A DNA stretch of 64,000 nucleotides, from IMG/VR virus record IMGVR_UViG_3300038450_000150; one strand, written 5' to 3'. Within the stretch, counting starts at the first letter, position 1; every line of letters starts with the position of its first letter. The notes beneath the pieces are model-generated. The model was given only the letters and a program-made list of their open reading frames with translations, ran no database searches and was not told the DNA's origin. This document shows, piece by piece, positions 43,731-53,713 of the stretch. The position numbers and the translations under genes are program-made. Source of the stretch: a virus. Lineage: Duplodnaviria; Heunggongvirae; Uroviricota; Caudoviricetes.

Positions 43731-46050
43731 TTAGGTTTGCGAAACCTTCAACATTTTCCCAACCTATTCCAACTGCCTCTAGGATCCTCTCTAATGGGGA
43801 ACGCACGGTTCTTTCAATTACCCAATCATAATCTATTTCTATACCCTTTCCGACTAGGCTTTGCTTGTCTAGATATGAACACCAATTTGTTTGTTCCCAA
43901 GAACCGTTGTTAATCCTTTTTACTCTAAAGTACTTTACAAGATCACCTGGAACGATTTCTTCTTTAAGGAATTTATTTGACCAAATTGCACCGTCATAAT
44001 ATTCACCACCAGCATCCTGTTTAAGGAAGTTCTTTGAGAGGTTGACGGGGATAACTATCTGGTCGATATCGTATGTTCCACCTCTGATATCAGCCATCAA
44101 CTTACCCAACTTTGCAACAAACTCCTGTGCTTGTCCGTGCAGAACCATCTCGATACACTCTTTTTGCAGTTTGCGTGTTACCTCAGATGTGTTTCCACGG
44201 ATGTAGTCGAAACCCTTGATGAGGATGTAGTCGCAGGATCGACCATCTTCTCTAATAATACGCTGTGCATATCTCTTCTTAGCACCTGTCTCTTTGCCCT
44301 TTTTCTTAATGAAAAGGCTTTCAGAGGCATACCTATCCTCTTTGATTTTGAATTTGGCTGTCTCGGCTATGCCATTTTCCTCTGCCCACTTCAGTAACTC
44401 ATCGTTCATTGCAGCTTCGAGTTCTGGTACACGTTCCATTGGGGCATCGATGAATATGGAATCTGTATCACCGTAGATGACCTTGAAACCCATAGATTCT
44501 GCTCTCTTCTGGAGTCTGTGTAAACCATCTCCAGCAGTTTTGAGAACGAAGTCTGCCTTTGCCTTTGAGAAGATACGACTGCCCTTGAATGCAAAGTATC
44601 CCCAAGCACCTGAGAGGAAAGCCTTAACCTTATCTCGTGTGTCCTTTACAACCTTGTACTGTGCAGAACCAGGCTCATATTTCAGAAGTTCCTTGTCCCA
44701 CACTTCACGTTCACTTAATAAATCATTGATAACTGCTGGACCCAACTTGCCCCAGATATCTGGAGAAGTTTCCATAGGATAACTTCTGAGGATACTTGGG
44801 TAGTATCTGCTCATATCCAGCACGACTAAGTTTGGATAAATCTTTGGCGGTGGAGTGAACACTACACCACCATACTCTAAGTCCTCTTCACTCTGCTCCT
44901 CTGGAGAGGATGGTAGAACCATTCCAAGTCCGTGTGCTTTTCTAAGCCAGAAGCAGTCGTGACGCTTAATGTGTTCGAGTGTGTAGTTTATGTCGTGAAG
45001 CCCTACAAAGTTCTTCTCTCCCCAGAAGGACTGTATGAAGCGGTATTCCTTCCACTCACCAGTGTTGACATCCTTGAAGCCTCTGTCGAGCTTGACACAG
45101 TAGTCAACGTCCATCTTATTGTATAGAATGAACTCATCTCTCTTTGTAGGGTCAAGGTATGTATCGATTCTGAAGAATTCGGACACCATATCCTCTTGTT
45201 TGATTATCCCTTCCCTGATAACAACTTCCTTTAGTCTGTTACCTAGGTTTGGTCTAGTCTTTGTGTAGGCATTATGTAGGTCGAAGATTTCTGTTCCAGC
45301 CCAATCAACCTTGAGATTGAACTGTTTCTTAGCCCAAGCATCAAAGTACTCGGTATCAAATCTGATATTCCAGCCTGTAACTATATCTGGCTTGAGGTAG
45401 TCAAAATACTTCTGGATATAATCAATTAGAGCAACGTAAGAAGCAACGTGAACAACTTTCCAGTTCTCCTCTCTTTGCTCAACCTGTGTGGCCAAGAACC
45501 GATCATCAACAACAAACGTGATATATTGCTCACTTTTGTTGTCCCAGAAGGTGACACAGATAATTGGCTGAGTTGGGTTGTTCTTGTTTGGGAATCTGAT
45601 GCCCTGAGCCTTTGTCTCAATGTCCATATAGACAACTAGAGGCTGGAGAACAACATTGGCTGGTTTTATGGTGTCAAATGGAATGATTGAAGAGTTCCCA
45701 TCATAGTAGAATGAGGATTTGACACCTGTGTCAATCAGCATACGTTCTACAAATTCAATATCTGCTTCCCAATGCTTTGAGAAATTGTCTCTGTGGTTAC
45801 TTACTTCAAGTGGATTTTGAACAACTATTTTTACTAACTTTTCACCGTCTTTTGAAATGAACCCAGGCTCAATGCGTTTAATCCAAGGTGCATTCTCTGG
45901 AATTGATTCACCATCGTGGACGTACATATAAGGGTCGAACTTGGAGATTCTGAACATTCTCTTCTCTCCAGTGTTCGAGCGACAGTAAATATTAATGAAG
46001 CCTGTCTCTCCATCGTAATGACCTTTAACGTACTGCCAGACAGTGGACAT
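43714..46050 (-). CDS. polB: family B DNA polymerase
   Basis: Exo I YMDIETK, motif A LDMSRYYPS, motif C VIYGDTDSIFI. 778 aa. Confidence 0.9.
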   Translation of the reverse strand: MSTVWQYVKGHYDGETGFINIYCRSNTGEKRMFRISKFDPYMYVHDGESIPENAPWIKRIEPGFISKDGEKLVKIVVQNPLEVSNHRDNFSKHWEADIEFVERMLIDTGVKSSFYYDGNSSIIPFDTIKPANVVLQPLVVYMDIETKAQGIRFPNKNNPTQPIICVTFWDNKSEQYITFVVDDRFLATQVEQREENWKVVHVASYVALIDYIQKYFDYLKPDIVTGWNIRFDTEYFDAWAKKQFNLKVDWAGTEIFDLHNAYTKTRPNLGNRLKEVVIREGIIKQEDMVSEFFRIDTYLDPTKRDEFILYNKMDVDYCVKLDRGFKDVNTGEWKEYRFIQSFWGEKNFVGLHDINYTLEHIKRHDCFWLRKAHGLGMVLPSSPEEQSEEDLEYGGVVFTPPPKIYPNLVVLDMSRYYPSILRSYPMETSPDIWGKLGPAVINDLLSEREVWDKELLKYEPGSAQYKVVKDTRDKVKAFLSGAWGYFAFKGSRIFSKAKADFVLKTAGDGLHRLQKRAESMGFKVIYGDTDSIFIDAPMERVPELEAAMNDELLKWAEENGIAETAKFKIKEDRYASESLFIKKKGKETGAKKRYAQRIIREDGRSCDYILIKGFDYIRGNTSEVTRKLQKECIEMVLHGQAQEFVAKLGKLMADIRGGTYDIDQIVIPVNLSKNFLKQDAGGEYYDGAIWSNKFLKEEIVPGDLVKYFRVKRINNGSWEQTNWCSYLDKQSLVGKGIEIDYDWVIERTVRSPLERILEAVGIGWENVEGFANLNEWFG

Positions 46051-46160
46051 AGAATCAGCCTGTCTTGTTTTTATTTACTGATTCTCCAAATTGAATTGCT
46101 TGGTAGGTCATACCCACATTTTTCTGTCCGTGGATGGAGATTGTTATATATTTATCTTTT

Positions 46161-47189
46161 TTAGAGTTGACCATTATTCATTAATTCCTCCTCTTCCTGT
46201 CTAGCATCTGGGTTGCGAATTGGACAGTCTGAGAATCTATCGTATAGGCAAGCACCCCTTGTTTTAAGCCTTGTGCAGGAGTACTCCTTGAGATCCATAC
46301 AGGAATGGATTTGGCTGATTGTTGTGTCGTAATCCCAGTCTACCCATTTGAGTTGGGCATACATATCGGCTATCTGGTGTGGTTTCCAGAATCTGAGTAA
46401 ATCAACTGTGGCTGCTACACGAATGAAATGGAGTGGGTTAGGAGCACAAAGTGCCTTGAAGATGCAGGGACGAAGTTGTCCTTCTAGATAGATTGGTGCA
46501 GAGTTCTCGGATGAACTTGTATTGAATAGAGGTGCTTCTTCGTCTGTCTCTATCCGTTTTATCTTTGAGAGATCGACTGTCTTGAAGTCATAGAGTGTCT
46601 TGTTTGGCACTGAAACTGTGTTAAACTCGTGTGGCATCTTAGTCCAATTTACAACGTCCTTCCAGGACATATCAAGGAACCAAGGCGGTAGAGCAACACA
46701 GTAACTTGCATTGTTTGGCGGTCTGCGTGTGTTTGGTAGACGGCTGTATCTGCTGATGTCACCTATGCAGTGTGGGTCAACGGTTGTTTTAACATAATCA
46801 TCTTCACCAAAGGTATCTATCAGGATACGATAGGTAGAAGATGTTAGCAACTTCTTTGAGTCTGGATATTGACGTGGGGTAAGGAGAACATAGAGATGTA
46901 TGCCCTTCTTACCAGATGCCACAGGAACGACTGTATGCTTCTGCTTTACGAGATATTGAAAAATGGCTTTAGAATCTTCCAGAGCTCGCCCATATCCATC
47001 AAAGTCAAAATATACCTTGTCTATCATTCCACTTAGAGGATATATTTTAACGAAGCAGTCATTCACGCCTTCGTTATAAGATAAAAAACTTTTGAGTTGC
47101 TTGATATCAAAAACTATGGTATCAATTGGATTTCCCACTATCCTTGGGAACTGACCAAAAAGCTGGAGAGTGAGAAGATCAGGGATCAA
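46161..47189 (-). CDS. archaeo-eukaryotic primase (PrimPol-like) with Cys-rich C-terminal domain
   Basis: AEP motif I YFDFDGYG (DxD), motif II ASGKKGIHLYV (sG-x-G-x-H), motif III GDISRYSRLPNTRRP. C-terminal Cys cluster. Confidence 0.7.
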   Translation of the reverse strand: MIPDLLTLQLFGQFPRIVGNPIDTIVFDIKQLKSFLSYNEGVNDCFVKIYPLSGMIDKVYFDFDGYGRALEDSKAIFQYLVKQKHTVVPVASGKKGIHLYVLLTPRQYPDSKKLLTSSTYRILIDTFGEDDYVKTTVDPHCIGDISRYSRLPNTRRPPNNASYCVALPPWFLDMSWKDVVNWTKMPHEFNTVSVPNKTLYDFKTVDLSKIKRIETDEEAPLFNTSSSENSAPIYLEGQLRPCIFKALCAPNPLHFIRVAATVDLLRFWKPHQIADMYAQLKWVDWDYDTTISQIHSCMDLKEYSCTRLKTRGACLYDRFSDCPIRNPDARQEEEELMNNGQL

Positions 47190-47194
47190 TTTTT

Positions 47195-47752
47195 TTATCC
47201 TCCAATAGTAAACAACCCAATATCATTGAAATTTATCTTTGCATATTTACCAAACAATTCAATGGCTTTACTATCATAGGCTCTAGCTGCATCTTCTTCT
47301 GTATTAAATGTGCCTAAATATATTATTGTTCCATCTTTCACTATACGACTATACCATTTATTATTGTTTTTACTCACACCTTTATATTTGCTTAAACACA
47401 TTTTTCTATTTCGTGTTTTCTGCTTTCTACTATTAAATTTATTTTGCTGGTTTGAAACTATTCTTAAATTACACTTACGATTATCAAGACCATCACCATT
47501 AATATGATCGATTTGCTCATTTGAATTTACATTTAAAATTAATCTATGTATTGAATTTCCTTTGTTGCCAACTCTTCCAGATTCTGCATACCAGATACCA
47601 TCTCTTTTATTGGCATACCAAGTATGATTTTTTACATTATCATAATCTTCTGAATCTATAATAGCAGATTTATTTTGAGTTAATGAAATTATACAAATTT
47701 TACTTAATTTATCTTCAATTATTTTATTATGTTTTCTGCTACCAAATTTCAT
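47195..47752 (-). CDS. HNH homing endonuclease with AP2 DNA-binding domain
   Basis: HNH HINGDGLDNRKCNLRIVSNQQN. AP2 SKYKGVSKNNNKWYSRIVKDGTIIYLGTFNTEEDAARAYDSKAIELFGKYAKINF. Extremely AT-rich codons. Confidence 0.8.
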   Translation of the reverse strand: MKFGSRKHNKIIEDKLSKICIISLTQNKSAIIDSEDYDNVKNHTWYANKRDGIWYAESGRVGNKGNSIHRLILNVNSNEQIDHINGDGLDNRKCNLRIVSNQQNKFNSRKQKTRNRKMCLSKYKGVSKNNNKWYSRIVKDGTIIYLGTFNTEEDAARAYDSKAIELFGKYAKINFNDIGLFTIGG

Positions 47753-47765
47753 TTTTAGACACCAT

Positions 47766-47987
47766 TTATTTCATATCTTTTCTGACATCCACCTTTGGAG
47801 GGATTGTAATGACACTGTTGGCTTGTGTTACACCAAAAATTGGATGTCCTTTTGGATCAAATTTGTTGTCGAACACAAGAGACACAACACTTGTACGTAT
47901 CAATATAGTGTAACCTTTGAACTTACCCTCTGTCACTGTAACCTGTAATTCTCCAGACTTATCAGATTTAAAATCAATGAATTCCAT
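47766..47987 (-). CDS. hypothetical protein (73 aa)
   Basis: ORF. Confidence 0.3.
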   Translation of the reverse strand: MEFIDFKSDKSGELQVTVTEGKFKGYTILIRTSVVSLVFDNKFDPKGHPIFGVTQANSVITIPPKVDVRKDMK

Positions 47988-47997
47988 AAAAAATCGC

Positions 47998-48789
47998 CTA
48001 AGTAACTGCTGTCATATACATAAGCGAGAAGGTATCGTTGAGTTGGGTGATAAAGATTCCTCTCTCGTAGATAGTCACCACAACATTATCTGAGAAGTTT
48101 GCTAGGATATCTGCTAGGTGGTCGATGAAGAATGTATAGTCTATCTTCTCACCCTGACCAGCAGTTCTAGGCTTCATAACTTCTAGGGGTGTAATCTTCT
48201 CACTATATTCACCACCTAGAGTGAAGTAGAGTGTAAGGCTTGGGCCATTTGTTCTATATGTGACCTTATCGATGCCCTTTGGTGTTGAGAGTGCAGATGC
48301 AGGAACCCTGATTTGGTAGTGTATAGGACGATCTTCCTTGGCTGGTAGCCAACCGATTGTAGGCTTCTCAGCAATAGTCATTTTGAGAGGCTGAACCTCT
48401 GGGTTAGATAAGACAGGGTGATAGTCAGATCGTGTGCCTGAAATGTTGAGTCTGCTATTAGGTATGTCTGTTTCGACAGTAATTTCTGCTTCACTGCCAA
48501 ATTTGAGACTCTGCATATTTGCAAACAATTCCTTTGTAAGTTTGATTGTCTCTGGTGCTGGGCATTCATACTTTGTGAAATATCCAGGCTTGAATGTGTT
48601 GTGAACACCAAATGTTCCAGCTCTGCTGGTTGATGTTGTCACCAACTCTGGTGTGAATGAAACTTCCATTGCTTCGAAGTGATTATTGATTAATCCCTTG
48701 CGAATGATATCAAGGAACTTCTGTGGACTACAACTGAATTTTGTCAATCTTCCTTCACCTTTACTATCTCGTGCTGTCTCTTCCTGCAC
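47998..48789 (-). CDS. pcna: PCNA-like sliding clamp
   Basis: 263 aa. FTKYECPAPETIKLTKELFANMQSL parallels archaeal PCNA FSKYEVVEPETIGVNMDHLKKIL. Two-domain beta pattern. Near the RFC genes. Confidence 0.5.
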   Translation of the reverse strand: MQEETARDSKGEGRLTKFSCSPQKFLDIIRKGLINNHFEAMEVSFTPELVTTSTSRAGTFGVHNTFKPGYFTKYECPAPETIKLTKELFANMQSLKFGSEAEITVETDIPNSRLNISGTRSDYHPVLSNPEVQPLKMTIAEKPTIGWLPAKEDRPIHYQIRVPASALSTPKGIDKVTYRTNGPSLTLYFTLGGEYSEKITPLEVMKPRTAGQGEKIDYTFFIDHLADILANFSDNVVVTIYERGIFITQLNDTFSLMYMTAVT

Positions 48790-49007
48790 GTTTTATGGAT
48801 GTGCCATTTCTGTCCATTTCTAGTGACAGAAACCCTATCTGCACGTATTATATGCTTGCCACATATTGGACAAGTTTCTAGATTGGGCTGGATGTGACCG
48901 TTCTCGAAGGTCATCTCTGGATGCACAATCTTTACTTTGTTATGGTAAAAAATTGGATTGTTTGGATTTCCCATTACTTTTTCTCCTCCACTACTAACCT
49001 CTTCCAA
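48744..49007 (-). CDS. Zn-ribbon protein (87 aa)
   Basis: CPICGKH...HKTCRKRQH. Confidence 0.3.
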   Translation of the reverse strand: MEEVSSGGEKVMGNPNNPIFYHNKVKIVHPEMTFENGHIQPNLETCPICGKHIIRADRVSVTRNGQKWHIHKTCRKRQHEIVKVKED

Positions 49008-50071
49008 ATATCTACTTTTCCTGGTTCACAGGTGATATCTGCCTTGTGTCCTGTTGGCATATCTGTATGCTTGGATGATATGATGTGGGCATAGAATCTT
49101 GGGATTCCTGTTTCCTTATTGATGTCAACCGTGTTCTCTATCACGATGTCTGTCTGTTCCTCAACGATGTCAACCCAGATTGGAACTTTCTTCTTCTCGA
49201 CTACCATTCCAGCGATCTTGGTTTCTTCCCACTCGTACTTGGTGCAGAAGATGACACCCTGCTTGACGATGCTTCCTATCTTGATGAACAGTTGCTTGAT
49301 GTAGAGCCTACGATCCTTCCAGTACTGCCATTCCACACCCTGTGTGAGCTTGAGGTTGTTCCTGAACCTCATAACGTTCTCGGCTATAGACTTGTACTCT
49401 TCGAACCCGTCTATGATTATCCAGTCTGGATATTCTGACTGAGCACCTGACTTAATCTTGTCTAGGATAGCATTGATGAATTGGAATGTAATCTCTGAGG
49501 ACATTAGTGTTGCATCTGGAGAACTGTAGTCCATATACTTGATGGCGTTCATAATGGTAATTCTTGTATCAGACTTGAACATTGTGAACCAAGCCTCAAC
49601 TGTCTTGTTATCAAAAGACAGTGCAAGGACTTTTCCAGGTGCTGAAAGTGCCAGAGTTGACTTAGATGTACCTTTACCACCAAAAATGGTGATGTATTTG
49701 AGGCTACTCGGTGCTTGTGGTGTGAAATCAAATTCCTTTGGCATCTCAGGTAGAGGTGCATCGGGAAGAGCATTCTTTCTTGTATCTAATGAAGAAAGTC
49801 CTGCCAATAATGGATTAGGTATTGGTTGTGCCATCTTTGGTGTTTCCTTCATATCAAGAAGTCCACCACCTGGATTTCCTTTTGGATTAAGTGATTCCTG
49901 TGGTGCTATAGTTTGTGCTGGTGCTTGCTCTATTGGTTTGAGAGGTTCTTTTGGAGGAACTTGTTCCTTTGGCTTTTCCTCAACTACTGGTGCTTGGGGT
50001 ACAGGAGCAGGAGTTTCCTTCTTCTCCTCTACCTTTGGTGGGCCTTTCTTAAACAGTTCCTCTATAGACAT
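48974..50071 (-). CDS. P-loop NTPase (RecA-like or packaging-ATPase-like) with Pro-rich N-terminal low-complexity region
   Basis: Deviant Walker A ITIFGGKGTSKSTLAL. Walker B WIIIDGFEEY. N-terminal PAPVPQAPVVEEKPKEQVPPKEPLKP. Confidence 0.5.
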   Translation of the reverse strand: MSIEELFKKGPPKVEEKKETPAPVPQAPVVEEKPKEQVPPKEPLKPIEQAPAQTIAPQESLNPKGNPGGGLLDMKETPKMAQPIPNPLLAGLSSLDTRKNALPDAPLPEMPKEFDFTPQAPSSLKYITIFGGKGTSKSTLALSAPGKVLALSFDNKTVEAWFTMFKSDTRITIMNAIKYMDYSSPDATLMSSEITFQFINAILDKIKSGAQSEYPDWIIIDGFEEYKSIAENVMRFRNNLKLTQGVEWQYWKDRRLYIKQLFIKIGSIVKQGVIFCTKYEWEETKIAGMVVEKKKVPIWVDIVEEQTDIVIENTVDINKETGIPRFYAHIISSKHTDMPTGHKADITCEPGKVDIWKRLVVEEKK

Positions 50072-50076
50072 TTAGT

Positions 50077-51063
50077 TTAACGCTCCTCAATTCCTTGGCT
50101 CATACTGAAGATTGGCATTATCAAGCCAGCCTTCATACTAGTTTTGACCTGACCTGTCTTTTCATCCTTCTTATTGGATACAGCACCTAGGAATGCAGCG
50201 TAGTCGTTCTCAGACTGTGCCTGTAGGAACTCTGGTGCAGCATAGCAATCAATACCTGGATAGACTGTAAAGTTCTTAGCGTCTTGGTAGGCGGTTTCCT
50301 TCACTGTAAGGTCAGTGATTGTGCATCGACCATACTTGACAGGTTGACCATCAAGTTCGATTACATTTCCTGCATCATCCTTGGAGTTGTTGATTCTCGG
50401 TGGACCTGAGAAGTTGCCAAGTATGCAACGCCAGTCACAAGGATCAACAAAGCCATCAGACTTAGTTTTTGATGGATTTGCCTTTGCTTGCTCAATTGTC
50501 ACTATTGGAGTATTGAGGATTTGACATAGAGCGTAGACATCTAGACTCTGAGGTCTGGGTGAACCGAATGAACACCTACCATCGTAGGTGAAATCACCCT
50601 CTACACCACCAGCACTCCTGCGTCTTGCAAGAACTGCTGTGTAGATATTTAGAGGATTGAGGACTTTATAGATACCAGCATATTTCCCATCAGATGAGAG
50701 TCTGTAAATCTTGAGTCCAGTTCCTTCTCTAAGACCTAAGAATAGAGTTGCACTAGCACGTTTGGAACCCTTTGCGACTGTCATACCAGATGTACCTAGA
50801 TAAACGATATCATAGTTATTCACTGGTGGCATATTCACTATTTGGTTCCAGACAGTTGAGATTGCTATTGTTTGTGCCTTCGCAATCTTCTCATCTGCGG
50901 AGAGATTCGGGTGTACAATGTTGACTTGTTGAATACTCATCTTAAAAACTCGTAAGTATTCCTGAAGGATAACTTCCTTCGAATTTCCTGTCCTTGAAAC
51001 CAGTTGAGCAATCTGTGCTTCAATGGCTTCAGGGAGTGTTTGAGGATGTTCAATGACGGACAT
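50077..51063 (-). CDS. hypothetical beta-rich protein (328 aa)
   Basis: ORF. No catalytic motif found. Adjacent to the P-loop NTPase. Confidence 0.4.
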   Translation of the reverse strand: MSVIEHPQTLPEAIEAQIAQLVSRTGNSKEVILQEYLRVFKMSIQQVNIVHPNLSADEKIAKAQTIAISTVWNQIVNMPPVNNYDIVYLGTSGMTVAKGSKRASATLFLGLREGTGLKIYRLSSDGKYAGIYKVLNPLNIYTAVLARRRSAGGVEGDFTYDGRCSFGSPRPQSLDVYALCQILNTPIVTIEQAKANPSKTKSDGFVDPCDWRCILGNFSGPPRINNSKDDAGNVIELDGQPVKYGRCTITDLTVKETAYQDAKNFTVYPGIDCYAAPEFLQAQSENDYAAFLGAVSNKKDEKTGQVKTSMKAGLIMPIFSMSQGIEER

Positions 51064-51145
51064 AACAGCGTCAATACGTAACCCCCACTATAAACTTTAT
51101 AAATATTATCGGCTAGACGGATTTCTTGTTTTTCATAATTTAAAA

Positions 51146-51160
51146 AATATTTATAAAGTG
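51146..51160 (+). promoter_or_regulatory. promoter motif in + orientation (aatatttataaagtg) for the + strand block
   Basis: Reverse-oriented copy of the window-wide motif. About 80 nt upstream of the TTG start of the RFC gene, with the SD-like GAGGGA in between. Confidence 0.45.
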
Positions 51161-51238
51161 TCTGCCTTGTATTTGTATGGTTTCAAATGCTTCCAACTAG
51201 CTTAGTGATTTCACAAGTTTTCAATGTGAGGGATCGGT

Positions 51239-52222
51239 TTGAGTAATCAAAGACTTACTGAGAAATATAGACCCCAAAAATGGGATGATGTAGTCGGTCA
51301 GGACAAGATAATCAAGTCCATTAAGAACACCGTTGACAGGGCTAAAATGATGAAAGGTGAGGGTATTACTCCACATTTCTTATTTGTTGGTCCTCCAGGT
51401 TGTGGTAAAACAACAGTTGCAGAGATTGTAGGTAGGGAACTTGGGTTTGAGACTATAGAGTTTAATGCCTCTGATGATAGAACACTTGTTTTTGTTAGAG
51501 AGGAAATCAAGAAACTAGCTGCATTTGCTGGTGTTCACGTAATCATTCTGGACGAGTTTGACGAAATGATCAAGCCAGCTCAGATGGCTATGAAGAGGAT
51601 TATGGAAACAACTGATTCAATTTTCATACTCTTGGCAAACCACGATTGGAAGATTGAAGATGCTATCAAGAGTCGATGTGCAAAGTTTACCTTTGAGAGA
51701 ATCAAAGATGATATTATTGAGAAGAAGATTGTATCCATAATTATGGCAGAGGGAATCAAGTTCTCACCTACAGAAGAAGTCAAACAGGGTCTGAAGGACT
51801 TGGTAAAGAATGCCGATGGTGATCTTAGGAAGGCTATAAACGACTTGGAAAGTATCACAGACGCAAGCAAATACATTACAAATGATTCCGTTGCTTTACT
51901 CCAGAGGCCAATCGGACTTGGTTTGGTTGCTCTAACTTATGCTTTACAGGGTGACTTTGATAGTGCAAAGGAGAACATTGAGAAAACATATGTTGAGGGA
52001 AAATATGATCCAAGAAAGACTATTCACGAACTTTACGAAGCTATTCCAAAACTACAGCTAGATCAGGAAATTAAAATCAGAATGTATGAGAAGTTAGCCA
52101 GAACAGATGCTGATATGAAATATGGTGGGGATCCTGTAATCCACCTGATTGGCTTCGTAGCTTTTGTTTGGCTACTACCACACCTTAGTAAGTGTCCAGT
52201 TCTAAGTACAAGTGGGGTTTAA
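51239..52222 (+). CDS. rfcS: replication factor C small subunit (clamp loader)
   Basis: RFC box II EKYRPQKWDDVVGQ, Walker A GPPGCGKTT, DEFDEM, SRC motif KSRCAKF. TTG start. Confidence 0.85.
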   Translation: MSNQRLTEKYRPQKWDDVVGQDKIIKSIKNTVDRAKMMKGEGITPHFLFVGPPGCGKTTVAEIVGRELGFETIEFNASDDRTLVFVREEIKKLAAFAGVHVIILDEFDEMIKPAQMAMKRIMETTDSIFILLANHDWKIEDAIKSRCAKFTFERIKDDIIEKKIVSIIMAEGIKFSPTEEVKQGLKDLVKNADGDLRKAINDLESITDASKYITNDSVALLQRPIGLGLVALTYALQGDFDSAKENIEKTYVEGKYDPRKTIHELYEAIPKLQLDQEIKIRMYEKLARTDADMKYGGDPVIHLIGFVAFVWLLPHLSKCPVLSTSGV

Positions 52223-52706
52223 GATGCCAACACAATCAAAGGTCATAGGTAACAATGTTGTCACTAACCCAATTGGAGAAAAGATAGAGGATAATTACAT
52301 ACATATCTATCCAGGCACTGAAGTAACAATAAGGTTGGCAAAAAGTTTTGCAGACGAACTTAGTGACCTTGGATATGTTGGTGTAGAAAGGACAGACGAT
52401 AGAACAAAGTCTGTGGATTTGCCTGTAAACATAATCCATATGCAGGATGAATTAATGATATCATTCTACAGGCACGATCTTGGTGAACCTATGCCCTGTA
52501 AGTTACATAACTTTGTAATTGACGGTATCTCAGATACAATACAGGACATACTCCGATCTAGGGCAGATGTTGTGTCAAGAATTAAATATGAGGGTGTGTC
52601 GGTAGTAGTGGGCGAACTTCCCCAAGTTATTCATATGTACTTCGATATGTTGAAGTTAGAGAAACTTGGAAGGAAGGAAGAGAAGTTAGATTCGTGGTTT
52701 GGGTGA
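52212..52706 (+). CDS. hypothetical protein (164 aa)
   Basis: ORF between the rfcS and Cas4-like genes. Confidence 0.4.
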   Translation: MGFKMPTQSKVIGNNVVTNPIGEKIEDNYIHIYPGTEVTIRLAKSFADELSDLGYVGVERTDDRTKSVDLPVNIIHMQDELMISFYRHDLGEPMPCKLHNFVIDGISDTIQDILRSRADVVSRIKYEGVSVVVGELPQVIHMYFDMLKLEKLGRKEEKLDSWFG

Positions 52707-52712
52707 TAATCC

Positions 52713-53450
52713 TTGCAAATGGGTCCAATTAGTCAGTCACAGATGTATTATGCAGAACATTGCCCACATAGTTGGTATTTCTATAGAATCAAGGCACAAC
52801 AAATCCAAGGTGATATGTCCTATGCCACAATTGGAACCGTGATTCACGAATCAATTGAGGAGTATTTCAAATCAATCAGTGAAAATCCACATAGTGGACA
52901 AATCACAGGTACATTTAAAACGATTGTTGACAAGAACTGGAGTGTTTACGAATCTTTACTCAAGGAGTACTCTGGTAGAAAAGACAAGTGTGTTAATAAC
53001 TTTGTCAACTTCGAAGTAAATAGAGCAGCTACAGCAAAGAAATACAAGCCAACTCTTATCGAACAAGATTTGAAGGCAATTATCAAGAGGATAGAGTACA
53101 GGGCAATAATAGACGCTTACTGGGAAGATGAGGGACTGATAGCAGACTGGAAAACAGGGAATAAGAATATGCTAAGTCCACAGGATTATCTTCAGGGACA
53201 AATTGAGACAATGCTCCTGAGAGAGCACGGATACAACGTTAAGAGAGTTGTCTTTGTAAGTCTCTTTTCTGGACTTGTACTTGAACTTCCAAAGGTAACA
53301 GATGAATACGTTCACGAGAAAGCAATGAAAATGATAAATTATTGGAATACAGGTATATTCCCAAAAATTAGAGGACAAGGTTGCAATATGTGTAACTGGA
53401 ATCTGAGATGTAAATTAGAAGATAGAGGGATATGTTTATGGCAACTATAG
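52713..53450 (+). CDS. Cas4/RecB-like PD-(D/E)XK exonuclease with 4-Cys cluster
   Basis: N-terminal Cys (HCPHSWYF), D...E-x-K block (IDAYWEDEGLIADWKTG), C-terminal C-x2-C-x5-C (CNMCNWNLRC). Confidence 0.6.
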   Translation: MQMGPISQSQMYYAEHCPHSWYFYRIKAQQIQGDMSYATIGTVIHESIEEYFKSISENPHSGQITGTFKTIVDKNWSVYESLLKEYSGRKDKCVNNFVNFEVNRAATAKKYKPTLIEQDLKAIIKRIEYRAIIDAYWEDEGLIADWKTGNKNMLSPQDYLQGQIETMLLREHGYNVKRVVFVSLFSGLVLELPKVTDEYVHEKAMKMINYWNTGIFPKIRGQGCNMCNWNLRCKLEDRGICLWQL

Positions 53451-53713
53451 ACGAGCCAGTTTCTCTACCAAAATCTGGTAGATGCAAACGTTGTGGCAGA
53501 CAACTATCAGATCACACTAGCATTCTTTTTGAAATGGGACCAGTCTGCCGTGCTAAAGAAGGAATGAAAATAACAAAACCTAGGGTGCATAAAGTAGATT
53601 TAACTATCAAGAAACCGAAGGTACATACATTTAAATTTAAGAAGGTAGAAGGTACTGCACCCACCTTCGATTTCGAAGATTGGTTCAGCAATAAAGAGGA
53701 GAAAGAGCAATGA
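53432..53713 (+). CDS. Zn-ribbon protein (93 aa)
   Basis: CKRCGRQ...GPVCRAK. Confidence 0.35.
   Translation: MFMATIDEPVSLPKSGRCKRCGRQLSDHTSILFEMGPVCRAKEGMKITKPRVHKVDLTIKKPKVHTFKFKKVEGTAPTFDFEDWFSNKEEKEQ

Noticed and set aside
49085-50075. Plus-strand ORFs within the P-loop NTPase gene, including the Gly/Ser-rich 178-aa ORF
   Set aside because: Antisense to the Pro-rich coding region; its low complexity explains the open frame.
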